A DNA stretch of 64,000 nucleotides, from NCBI GenBank assembly GCA_951406725.2, contig OX597814.1, positions 78,864,001-78,928,000 of the forward strand, in the 5' to 3' direction. Below are positions 13,565-25,712 of the stretch, in pieces. A program made the translations under genes and the position numbers. The notes beneath the pieces are model-generated. The model was given only the letters and a program-made list of their open reading frames with translations, searched no databases and had not been told where the DNA came from. The stretch's first letter is position 1; each line of letters opens with the position of its first letter. The stretch comes from Octopus vulgaris (lineage: Eukaryota).

Positions 13565-14093
13565 AGTTCAAACATGGAGATGGATGGGTTCTACCAAGTT
13601 TAAGTTTCACTAGGTGTTGATAGCCTAAGGAATCCAGAATCTAATGTATTTTTCTATCGATACAGATGTGAAAGCATTTATTTATAAGTACATGTGTATA
13701 TATCATCATCATCATTTACCGTCCATTCTCCATGCTGGCATGGGTTGGACAGTTCAACAGGCGCTGGCGAGCTGCCTGGCCTAATTTGTCTATTTTGGCA
13801 TAGTTTCTAAGGCTGAAACAGACAAAATGGAGCCTGGGAAGCTCTCCAGCTGGTCAACCCCTGTCAAACCATCCAACTCATGCCAGTATCGAGAACGGAT
13901 GTTAAATAATAGTGAGGATACATCATATGTACTTATAAATAAATGATTAGACATCTGTATTGATAGAAAACCTTAGATTCTGGATTCCCTGGGCTATCAC
14001 CATCTAGTAAAACTGCAAGGACACCACCATGACATGTAGTTAGTCTTGGATATTTTAAATTTGGTGGAAGCTATCTATCTCTAGGTCTGAACT
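13565..14093. repeat. Old inverted (fold-back) duplication, ~250-bp arms including a SINE C tail and unique flank
   Basis: GGAATCCAGAATCTAA (13630) pairs with TTAGATTCTGGATTCC (13973); CATTTATTTATAAGTACAT pairs with ATGTACTTATAAATAAATG; centre near 13810. Confidence 0.85.
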
Positions 14094-14107
14094 CAGCCAG
14101 TTTGTGT

Positions 14108-14139
<32 letters not shown>

Positions 14140-14379
14140 TATGTATGCATGTATTCAAGCATTAAGTATCAGTATGTATGCATGTAAGGTGTTTCAGTAT
14201 TCATTGAAATGTAGTGGGCTCATGGAAATAGTATAGAGCATCAAATTCAATGCTCAACAACATTTAATTCTCTGTGAACCTTTCTTAAGAATATAAATGG
14301 TACTGGAATATGAAGCATGGCTGTATGGTTAGGAAGTTTGCTTCACAACTACTTGGTTTCAGGTTCATCTCACAACATG

Positions 14380-14737
14380 TTACCCAAAATTACAGCTCCC
14401 AAAATTACTGCAGAGCTTAATGACCACCTCAAGAACCCAGTTTCCACAAAAAACATTTATCTGGCCACCACAGTCCCCAGGTCTCAATATTATTGAGCAT
14501 TTATGGTGCATTTTAGTAAAGCAAGTAAGGAGTCAATATCCTCCACCATCATCACTACAAGAACTGGAGACCGTTTTAGCTGAAGAATGGACAAAATTCC
14601 TTTGGAAACAATTCAAACTTTGTACGAGTCCATATCTTGTAGAATTCAAGCTGTAATTACTGCCAAAGGCAGTCCTACCCCATATTAAAATAAATGTGTT
14701 TGAAATTTTAAGGTGTTTCCATTATTTTGTCCAATCC

Positions 14738-14740
<3 letters not shown>
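14380..14740 (+). mobile_element. Tc1-family transposon 3' fragment with terminal inverted repeat
   Basis: ORF 14420: WPPQSPGLNIIEHLW...LQELETVLAEEW (Tc1 SPDLNPIE-like motif), frameshifted into RIQAVITAKGSPTPY*; ends ...TTTTGTCCAATCCCTG|TA. Confidence 0.85.
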
Positions 14741-14791
<51 letters not shown>

Positions 14792-15470
14792 AAATAAATA
14801 TGAATGAACTAAGAGAAGTAACCCAGTTGCAAGGGGCATAATTGGGACAACAAATATAAGTAAAGGTTGCATTCATTTACGTGTTTGTATGTATTCACTC
14901 ATCTATCACACAGATAGTCACATGTACATGAATGTGCTTGTTTTTTTGTTTCCATTGCTTCAATGAATAATGAATGATATTAGATGTTACAAGCACTAAT
15001 TTGTGATGGAAAAGAATTACAGCCCCACTGATACCACCGGAACCACATATTTTTCACTTTCTAGATGACTGCATTACCTATGAAGTACCTGCCATCTTTA
15101 TCACTCATACTAGATATCTTAAATTGTTTCTGTTAGCAGGTAATTTATTAATTAGAGAATGCTTTCAGCCTATAGAATTTCAGGGATTTCTTTTCTTGTT
15201 CATAGAATCTCAGTATTTCCAAATGCACATACCATATATGTCTGAGTTATGGCATGACTTTAAGCAAAGCATTTTAATACATATACATATTTGGGAGTAT
15301 TAATTTTGTAGGGAACAAAAGATACTCATTTTAATTCCTGAGAGAATGGTTAAGACTTTAGGCATGATGAATAGTAATTTGCTTCCAATATCATTTATGT
15401 CACAGATTTACTTTCCAATCCCAAATAGCTCAGAATGAATCTATGATATACGTATTTATATATATATATA

Positions 15471-16322
15471 CAGGGTGGTGTGAATTACACAAAAGAGAAA
15501 ATAACACTGACATCTCATTTGAACAGATATATTTACCAAACTTACATAAAAACATTTGGAAATACTAAAGAATAAATCTATACAATAAAATCACAATTAG
15601 CCTCAACCATGGCCTCCAGATGACTTTGGAATCCTCTGCAACTCTTTTGGACGGTCTCCTTGTTTAACTTGGTGAATGCTGCCATAATCCTTGCCTTCAG
15701 TTCATCTTTGGTGTTACAAGGAGATTTGTTGGTCTCTCACTCAAATGTCCCCACACATAATAATCAAGGGGGTTGCAGTCTTGGAAGTTAGGTGGCCAGA
15801 TGTTAGGGGTGATGTGGTCGCCGAAATTGTCTGACAGCCATGACTGGGTTTTCCTGTTTGTGTGGCATAGTGCAGACTCCTGTTGCCAGACATAGGGTCT
15901 TCCAGTAGCCACCCTCTTGACCCAGGGCAGCACTACCTCCTCCAGGCACTTGATGTAGGCCTCTGTGTTGAGTCTGAAGTTGTGTGGGAAGATGAATGGG
16001 GCATAACATCACCATCACTAGGGATCACTCCAAATGCCATGATGTTGACTGGATGTTTGATTTTTATCTTTCTTGGTCCATGTCCTCAGATTGACAACCA
16101 AACACTCTTAAATTCTCAAATGTTCATATTGGAGCTTCTGGCATGAATGCCAAGCAGTACTGCATGTCGTTTCCAAATTTCTGGCAGAGTGAATTGTGTG
16201 TTGGTGTTGGTTTCGTCACAGTTGCTGCCCAACAGACCCTACTATAGTGTAGTCGACAAAATTGAAATCAAACAATGTTCATGTGCAAAATTAAAAATGG
16301 CAACAATTTACCCATCACACTG
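15471..16322 (-). mobile_element. Internally deleted Tc1/mariner-superfamily element (DD37D/maT-like) with transposase pseudogene
   Basis: ORF 15697-15933: RPYVWQQESALCH..RKTQSWL....ITPNIWPPNFQDCNPLDYYVWG; degenerate TIRs CAGGGTGGTG / CATCACACTG flanked by TA. Confidence 0.8.
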
Positions 16323-16440
16323 TATATATATATTTAAAGCTATGTATGTATGCATGTTTGTATATGTAGTAGTAGTAAATGATGCACTAATCAGCATATG
16401 ATGTGCAATCTGAAGTGTATAGAAAGGTTATTTTCAAATT

Positions 16441-16660
16441 TTGGTCAATACAATCTAATCATACAAATGAAACAAGTCTTTTCTCTCTCTCAATGTAAAC
16501 ACTTCAAGAATAAATAAATAAATTAAAAGGATTGGTCATAATCCGTCTACAGAAAGAAACAGAATACTGCTAATTATAATCATAATATATAATCACTTCA
16601 CTAAGTCAGTCAATCTGATTTGCATAATACTGCTTTCAATGATGACAAACTGTATTTTAA
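16441..16660. repeat. Diverged duplicated unique element, copy 1
   Basis: Collinear with 19410-19670: CAATCTAATCA.ACAAATGAAA, GTCTACAGAAAGAAAC, TACTGCTAATTATA, ACTTCACTA.GTCAGTCA.TCTGATTTGCAT.ATACTGCTTTCA. Confidence 0.9.
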
Positions 16661-18872
16661 TCCTCAAAAATTTCAAAAATTCACCCTATATCCTATATGT
16701 GAAGTTAGGCCTATGTTATATGCTTCAATACACTGCAAATGTTTCAATGTCATCATCATCATCCTTTAATGTTCGTTTTCCATACTGGCATGGGTTGGAT
16801 AGTTTTACAGTTGCTGGCAAACCAGAAGACTGCACCAGGCTTCACTGTCTGTTTAGGTATGGTTTTTATGGCTGGATGCCCTTCCAAATGCCAACAACAT
16901 TACAGAGCAGACTGAGTGCATTTTACATGGCACAAAACTGCTGAGGTCTGTTTTGGCATGGTTGTTATCGTTAGATGCCCTTCCTAATGCCAACCACCTC
17001 ACAGAGTTGCCTGGGAGCTTTTTATGTGGTACCAGCAGCAGTGGCAAGTCTAATATGTCAGCATGTCTTTTATGCCATCAAATATGGTACTTAAATAGTA
17101 TATAATGCTGATATGTAATGTAAAGTACATCTACACAAATTTTAGCCATCACACTAGGGTAATCGATGTGGACAATATGTTGAAAACATGCATTAGATAA
17201 AAACAAATATCTTTGTTCCTCTCCTTGTGGATAGAAAAAGTGGGATTGGTCTGATTAATTTCAACTTTAATTGTTCGCAGAGTGGAATATACTTTAAAGT
17301 TATTTATAGTGATTACCATTGTTTTAGTGCCCACTTTTCCAGGCTTGCATGGAGCAGATGGAATTCATTCTGGAAGCAAATATTCAAAAGCCATATGCCC
17401 TTCCAGTTGCCAGCCCTCATATGCTTCTAAGCAAGGTGATATTTACCCCATGGCTGGACATATCTTCATGAAAGACTTGAAACAGGGTATGTTCATTTAT
17501 GACAACACTCATTTATGACTATCAAGCAATATCAAGACAAAGGGACACAAACACACACACATATATGATGGGCTTCTTTCAGTTACCATCTACCAAATCC
17601 ATTCACAGGGCTTTGGTTAGCCTAAGGCTATAGTAGAAGACACTTGCCTAAGGTGTCACACAGTGGGACTGAATCCAGAACCACATGATTAGAAAGTAGA
17701 CTTCTTAATCTCATAGCCATGCCTAATGTTATTTATAGTCATAATATATTAAAATTTTACTAATTAAGTTAGTTATAACTTTAACTGAAAAGGAAAAGAG
17801 ACATTTGTTTACATTGGTCCTAGTGAAAAAGTGTGCACATCATGATGATGTGATGACTGAAATTTGTATAATCATTTCTATACAGAATTGATATCCTAAA
17901 ACCAAGGTGCCACATAATAAGCACTGGTGTTGGTGCCACATAAAAAGCACTGGTGATTGTACCATGTAATATGCACCCAGTGCACTCTGTAAAATGGGTG
18001 GCATTAGGAAGAGCATCCAGCTGCAGAAAACAAGCTAAAACAGAGTCTGGAACCTGGAACAGCCCCTAGCCTTGCTAGCTCCTGTCAAACCATCCAACCC
18101 ATGCCAGCATGGAGAACGGAGGCTAAATGTTGTTGATACCTTATTACATTTCTGATATTATATATGTGTATACACTATAAAGTGGTTGACATTAGGAATG
18201 GCAACCAACCGTAGAAACCAAGCCAAATCAGATTGGAACCAGCTCACCAGCTCTGGTCAAACCGTCCAACCCATGCCAGCATGGAAAACAGACATTAAAG
18301 AACGAAGATAATGATGATGATACATACAGATGGTAACTCTCTTTCACTTGATGATGAGAATTCAGTTTGATTATCTGTTCCTGAATCAATGTGTAAGTGG
18401 CTGGCTGAGTATTCCATAGTTATGCATCCCCTTAAAAAATTCTAAGGCAAAGTAAATGTGACACAGTATATGACAATGTTATATCTTTTGAATAACCAGT
18501 ATAATCCACCTGACTGGATCCTATACACTTTCTGTCTGTCTACTCTGTTTGATTTACAAAGATTGGGATCAACTTGAGGTTATAGAAAATGACATTTGGT
18601 CAAGATGTTAAGTGGTGAGTTTGAATCCAGTACCTCATTGTTGCAAAGTAGATCTTTACATCTTAACCATACAGTCATACTGAACCTACTTGCACACACA
18701 AAACACACATGCACACAGTACACACACACACAAAACACACAATGGAATTAAAAAGTGAGACAGGGAGCCTGAACCCATCTAGAAAAATAGTAAATCCAGT
18801 TAAGAACTGGAACTGTGATGATTCATCCAACCCATGCTAGCATAGAAAAGCAGACATAAAATGATCTCTCTT

Positions 18873-18923
<51 letters not shown>

Positions 18924-19409
18924 GTATGTGAGTATGCTATGTATCATTTAGTGTGTATGCATATAACACTTGATAAGTGAGTAAAAGGCAGAAGCAGAAT
19001 TCACAAATATAATTTTAGTTAATAATTTATTTGCTATGGTATAAAAAAAAACCCAAAAAAACTCTGGTATGCAATGGTGGTGGTGGTGTTGGTAGTAGTA
19101 GCAGTATGAAAAGTAATAATATATTGCTATAGTAATTATTTTCATAATTAGCTGGAATTTAGATATCACCAAAAGTAATTATTTTTTAGTCGTTATTTTT
19201 GCATGAAAGAGATAACGTTAACATTAATATTATCACAGTTGAAGGTTCCAAAATAATTTCAGAATTTTTTCTTTTATTTGGCTATACTAAATAAACAAAT
19301 AGAAGCAGTGACCTCACTATTTTTCAAAATAAGTAGAATTACGAATAACATACATAGAAAATTCTGTAATGCAAAAGAGCATCCCGATTTTCCTTCTTGA
19401 TAATTTCCA

Positions 19410-19469
19410 TTGGTCAATGTAGTGATGTGCAATCTAATCACACAAATGAAAGAAAAGGCTTCACTTTTC

Positions 19470-19505
<36 letters not shown>

Positions 19506-19670
19506 GCATGCACGCATGCACTAAATAATTAAAATAGAATTAGTCTTCCTAATCTGTCTACAGAAAGAAACACAGTTTACTGCTAATTATAGTTATAATA
19601 TATAATAACTTCACTATGTCAGTCAGTCTGATTTGCATGATACTGCTTTCACTAATGACAAATTATTTAA
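19410..19670. repeat. Diverged duplicated unique element, copy 2 (with (CT)n expansion)
   Basis: Direct-orientation paralogue of 16441-16660; octamer ATTTGCAT at 19631-19638. Confidence 0.9.
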
Positions 19671-21599
19671 TGGCACATAAGACTCACTTTAGCTTTGAAG
19701 GAAGTATGAACATCATAACATCAAATTACAATACAAATGCAAAGTTTTGTGCTGAATTAAGAAAAATATCATTTCAATGCAGCCTATTCCAAGACCAGAC
19801 TGTATTCAAAAAAAGAAGAGGACAACAATAGAATAAATGAAACAGTTCCTGATTTTACAATGTTGCTTACAATGCTTACAACTGTAAATTGTTCCAAACC
19901 TGGAGTAACTTTTTACTCAGGTGAATTGGATCACACTATTTTTAAAAATCATTGCCCGATTATCATCAATTCATAGCTTATCAATATTTATGCCAACTGA
20001 TCTAATGGCTGGTTTCTCTTCAGTCTCAAACTAAAATAATACATACACATACATACAAACATACATACACATGCATACATATATATACACATACACACAC
20101 ATATATACGCTGACATACACATATATATACACATACATACATATACACACACACTCACACATAAATACACACATACATACATACCTACATAAATTACACT
20201 TGTATAAGCAAAAGCATAATTTCAAATTATGTGCACACACACACACACACACACAAAATGCATACAAACCTCAGATACATACAAGCTTCACAGATTAAAC
20301 CGAGAGTGACTAGAAGTATTGGGGATATATGTTCATTATCTGATACAATCTCCTGAAATGTTCTAAAGGTTGACACTTAAAATAAATAGCACCATAAACA
20401 AGATCAGTTAAAATGCCACCAAAATCTGTTTAGCCTCAGTAGAATGTCTTAGGGTAGGTGCAAATGAGAAACCAATACAAAATGGAAAGATAATATCCAT
20501 AGATAAATCAGAACACACTCGGGCATTTCAGAGTCTTGGCTGAAATATCTTTGATAGCTAAGAAAAGGTTAACCAAATTTGTGAACCTTGCGATCAAATT
20601 ACACTGATGACCTTTGTTTCTTTACTAGTATTCATTACATTCAAGGTCTTTTGCAAAGGGGGTTTTCCATTTTATATTTTAGAAATAAAACCTTATCTCA
20701 AATTCTTGGGATCTTAAGGTTAGTGCGTGATGTTTGCTTTTAAACAATATCAAACCAAGCACAGGAGTTTTAGCTTTCAATTTGATAGAAGATAAAGACT
20801 TTTGTATAGTCTGTTGCCAAACATTTTGTTTCCTTGTAGCAATGTGAGATCTGAAGTTTTAAAATAAATAAGCTACTTTTATCAACTTATTGTAAACACT
20901 AGCATGAAATATATTATGCCAAGAGGTAGATAAAATATAGTACAGTGTAGTGAATAAAACTATTGAAACCCTGCACATGAATGAAGGTCTTTGTGTTCAG
21001 TTTTAATCAAAATAAAATTGTAATGTACCTGAAGAAAATCAGAGAAACTAATAATTAGAATGTAGTATTGAGAGAAACAAAAGAGAGCGTTGTTTTCAAT
21101 GATGTACACTTCATGATGAGAAAGGATGATGAAATATTTGGCTGATATTGTGCAATGTAAAGATTTTATTGAAAAGTGTTTTGGAGGTTTTCATTTATAG
21201 ACTTTCAGTTGGTGTGTAAAAGATGAACAAAATGTGTATGTCAAGGACTGAGCAATGAGGGGGGAATATCTTCAGCATAGTACTGTGGCTACAGGTGATA
21301 GATATACATCAGGGAGAGTGAGTAAGAGAGGGAGAAGGATATAGTGAAGGATAGGGAGAAAAAGAAGGCTGAGTTAATTCTGATGTACATTAATACTGAT
21401 AGGGTGTTGCTGCTTTAAATACAATTTGAATTTTCTTATACTCAGTGACACAAGATAATCTGGTGAAGGAAGATATGGAAGCTAGTTATGAATGTATTAA
21501 AGGTTTATAGAAATTCTAAAACCTGGAATAAAAAAGTTTCAAAGTAGACCAAACAAAAGAAATGTTTAGTTATCAGAAAAGAAGATAAGATTCTACTGC

Positions 21600-22205
21600 T
21601 ATCTGGGAAGTAGTCAATGTGTAACCTATGGTGGGAGAGACGGACATGCAATTTTAGTGAGAATAAATGGCAGAGCACAGAAATACTGAGAGAAAAATTG
21701 GGTATAGTAGTGTGCAAAAGAGAGGTTGAGACAGGTGATTCATATGGAAGATGGTAGTTTGGTAAAGGAGAAGCCAAGTAACCCAAGTGAAAGGAAGACT
21801 GGGTAGAACAAGAGAGAACTCTTGGAAGATTATTTCAGGAGGTTGATTGAACCTCACAGAAGAGAAGACAAGGGATCACAAGTGGTGAGATGTTGTTCTG
21901 GAGAAAACCTGTTTAAGACGGTGAGCTGGCAGAAACGTTAGTATGCCGGGCGAAATGCTTAGCAGTATTTTGTCTGCCACTACGTTCTGAGTTCAAATTC
22001 CGCCGAGGTCAACTTTGCCTTTCATCCTTTCAGGGTCGATTAAATAAGTACCATTTATGCACTGGAGTTCATATAATCGACTTAATCCCTTTGCCTATCC
22101 TTGTTTGTCCCCTCTATGTTTAGCCCCTTGTGGGAAATAAGGAAATAAGAAAACCTGTTTAACCAATACAAGCATGGAAAAATAGACAAAAATGATGATA
22201 GTGAT
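21600..22205 (+). mobile_element. Degenerate RTE LINE 3' end interrupted by a SINE B (21917-22147)
   Basis: RTE-like tail ...CAAGCATGGAAAAATAGAC...GATGAT; the SINE is flanked by a 15-bp TSD AGAAAACCTGTTTAA (21902-21916, 22148-22162). Confidence 0.65.
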
Positions 22206-22217
22206 TTATATTTTAGA

Positions 22218-22447
22218 TCATCATCATCATCATCATCATCGTTTAGCGTCCGTTTTCCATGCTAGCATGGGTTGGACGGGTCAACTGGGGTCTGTGAAGC
22301 TGTAAGGCTTCGTCAGGCCCAGTCAGATCTGGCAGTGTTTCTACGGCTGGATGCCCTTCCTAACGCCAACCACTCCGCGAGTGTAGTGGGTGTTTTTTAC
22401 GTGCCACCTGCACAGGTGCCAGACAGAGCTGGCGAACGGCCACGAAT
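22218..22447 (-). mobile_element. SINE/non-autonomous family C (RTE-type 3' tail, (GAT)n end), young copy
   Basis: Motifs GGATGCCCTTCCTAACGCCAACCAC and TTTTCCATGCTAGCATGGGTTGGACGG with (CAT)n; CpGs retained. Other copies near 315-632(+), 3068(-), 3635(+), 16750(-), 17905(+), 18175(+), 23710(+), 35050(+), 36290(-), 41783(-), 48800(+), 63305(-). Confidence 0.85.
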
Positions 22448-22999
22448 GGAGTTCAAATATTTTCAACAACAGTTTCTCCTATTGTTGTGCCAGTAACTTT
22501 GGTATCTCTCATGAACTTTATCTATTGTAAGCTTTGAGTTCAATACTGCAGGCAAACAAAAAGCACATCAATTATATAGTGCCTCAGGTGATGAATGGTA
22601 ATAACAATAGAGTGTTGAACAAAGTACTTTGCAGTATTTAGTTATGTCCTTTAACATTTAGTGTTCAAATCCTGCCAATGTTGATAAAATATGTGCCAAA
22701 GTTAGAAATCAATTATACAGAATGTCTGGCACCTACAGCAGTGATGTGCACCACTCACCATGTTGATACTCGTCTGAAGGAATGGTTGGGTATTGGTAAT
22801 GTTTTGGTAATAATCTTCATACCATTTGTGGTAACACCCTGACAGCTGAATAGTGCTGGAAACAGTACAGAGTTGTTGGTGTAAGCTAATTAGTGATTAT
22901 CAGTTACTTTTAACATAAATAAACAGAACCAGAATAGCTAAAAGGAATGAACAGTTGAACATTAGTATAAAGAAAAGAAAAAAAAAAAGAAAAATGAGG

Positions 23000-23105
<106 letters not shown>

Positions 23106-23671
23106 TCTATTATTAGTAAGAGTTATTTACTATTTCTGAAGTGTTTTCTTTTAGAATAACTCTTTTGTAAAGATTATTTTTTAAATAAATAGCTAGAAAT
23201 ATAACTGTCTATTTATTTTCATAAACAAAATAACTGAGCAAAGATATAATGTATAATGTTTACAAAAAAACTTGTGAATTTTAATGATCTATGAGACATT
23301 CCTTACAATGCTGCTGAAATCACAAGACATTTTGTCCAATTGTTTAAATGTGTCAACTCTAATTTTTGTAAAAACTTCAAAAACAGAAAATCAGTAGCAA
23401 AGTAACATGCAATAAAATAACAAGCTCACACACACACATACACACACATACACACACGTGTATGTATGTTATGTTTCCATTTTCAAGATTTTTGGAAAAA
23501 GAATTTTCCATACTTTATAGGAGCAAGCATGGCTGTGTGGTTAAGAAGCTTGCTTTCCAGTCATGTAGTCCCACTGTGTGGAACCTTGGGTAAGTGTCTT
23601 TTACTATAGCCCTAGGCCAATCAAAACCTTGTAAGTGGGTGTGATAGACAGAAACTAAAAGAAGCCTGTCA

Positions 23672-23712
<41 letters not shown>

Positions 23713-24189
23713 GCACATAAAAAGTACCATCTGAATGTGGTCGATGCCAGTGTCGCCTAACTGGTTCTCTTGACAGCGGCACATAAAAAGCACTCATTAC
23801 ACTCTCGGAGTGGTTGGCATTAGGAAAGGCATCTAGCTTTAGAAATCTTGCCAGATCAGACTGGAGCCTGGTGCAGCCTACTGGCTGACAGTTTTCAGTC
23901 AAACTGTCCCATAACAGTATGGAAAATGGATGTTAAACGATGATGATGATGATGATAAATTCTTTTATTCTTTTACTTGTTTCAGTCAGTTGACTGTAGG
24001 CATGCTGGAGCACCACCTTGAAGGGTTTTAGTCAAACAAATTGACTCCAGGACTTTTTTTCTCAAAGCCTAGTGCTTATTGTATCAGTCTCTTTTGCCGA
24101 ACTGCTAAGTTTCAGGGGACGTAAACACACCAACACCGGTTGTCAAGCAGTGTGGGAGGAGAAACACAGACACAAAGACACACATAAAT

Positions 24190-24249
<60 letters not shown>

Positions 24250-24272
24250 GTAGTTAAATCTATGTCCGGTCA

Positions 24273-24336
24273 TAGAGTGACCAATGGTTTCGCATCCACA
24301 AAGGGCTTCACCCCATGGACGTCTCGTCAAACTCTA
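24273..24336 (-). ncRNA. Type I hammerhead ribozyme motif (C3U core variant) in a ~135-bp insert in (TA)n
   Basis: Minus strand: UAGAGU-UUGACGA-[G A CGUCCAU GGGGUGAAGCCCUUU GUGGAUG C]-GAAAC-CAUUG-GUC^-ACUCUA. Stem I is 6 bp perfect, stem II is paired, stem III is a near-palindrome (ACC AUU GGU). Confidence 0.75.
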
Positions 24337-25656
24337 AAGTGGAACACAAATGTAACTCTTCACCCCTGGGAGGCAGGAATCCATTATATATATATATATA
24401 TACAAACATACATACATATATCACCATCATTGTTTAATGTCTGTCTTCCATGCTGCTAGCATGCGTGCCAGCTTCTTTCAGTTTCCATCTACCAAATCCA
24501 TTCACAAGGCTTTGGCTGGTCTGAGGTGATAGTAGTAGACACTCGCTAAGGTGCCACACAGTGGGACTGAACCATGGGGTTGGGAAGCAAGCTTCTTACC
24601 ACACAGTCATGCCTATGCCTATAAATCTCCTGTGCTGTCATGACCAGGATATGAACCTGGGTTGCCACATATATATGTATATATATATATAGGATTGTGT
24701 GTGTATTTTTGTGTTGTGTTTGTTCCCTACCATGGCTTGACAACCAATGTCCAATGTTGGTTTTTTAAGTGCCTAATTTCTAGATAAACATGTAAGCCTG
24801 AAGTTTGAACTCAGACAACTTATTTCTTATATAGGATTTTAATATTTCAAACACATTTTTAAACAGTTTCCAAGAAACTTCATAAGATGTTGAATTTGGC
24901 CTATAAAAAATATGTATCAGTTGAACATTGGGGTCAATGTAATTGAGTTACCTCTCTCATCAAAATGCTGACCTTGTATCAATATTCTTATTCCATATGA
25001 AGCAATATTCTTATTCCCTATGAAGAATCATATATGTGACAACCAAATGGCTGGTTGTTCCTGTCTTGTTACTAGCACTGTACAGTGTCTGTCTATGGGC
25101 CAGTTATTTAACTCTCAATATTCCATTCTACATAGTTGTAAATAAGTCTCATTTGAATTGGTAATCAGTTAAAAACTTAGGAAAATTTACTAATGCTTCA
25201 TTGGTTTGTTATGGAAACTCAACTTTTACTATGGGTTTGGATAAAAGTAATAGAGACCTTACTTGTCTGAAGCATGATTTAATAATGATTACCACCCATT
25301 AACCAATTTTTTTTATACAGAAAAGTAAAGTAATTAACTGAATTGTCTGACAACAGGCAAATTATCTGAGGAATTTATTCACTGTGTTACAATTCTGTAA
25401 TTCTTAAGACTAGCACAGCAGATAAAAGCACTGGAATTTCAGAGAAATAGCACATACACAACAATATACATCTATAACTTCAATAACAATTTAGCTTCAT
25501 TTACACAGCTAATAACTTCAAGAAAGATATGAATATTATAATGTTCAGCTTACTCTTATTATAAAAAAATCTCTGGCAGCATGCTCACATAATAAACACT
25601 TATCATAATTTGAAAAAATAAAACAGCCATTGTATGGTATATATTAAGAGATAAGG

Positions 25657-25712
<56 letters not shown>

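Noticed and set aside
19908-19926. Plus-strand TTTTTACTCAG|GTGAAT as a ratchet point
   Set aside because: Short pyrimidine tract, another AG just upstream and a weak donor.
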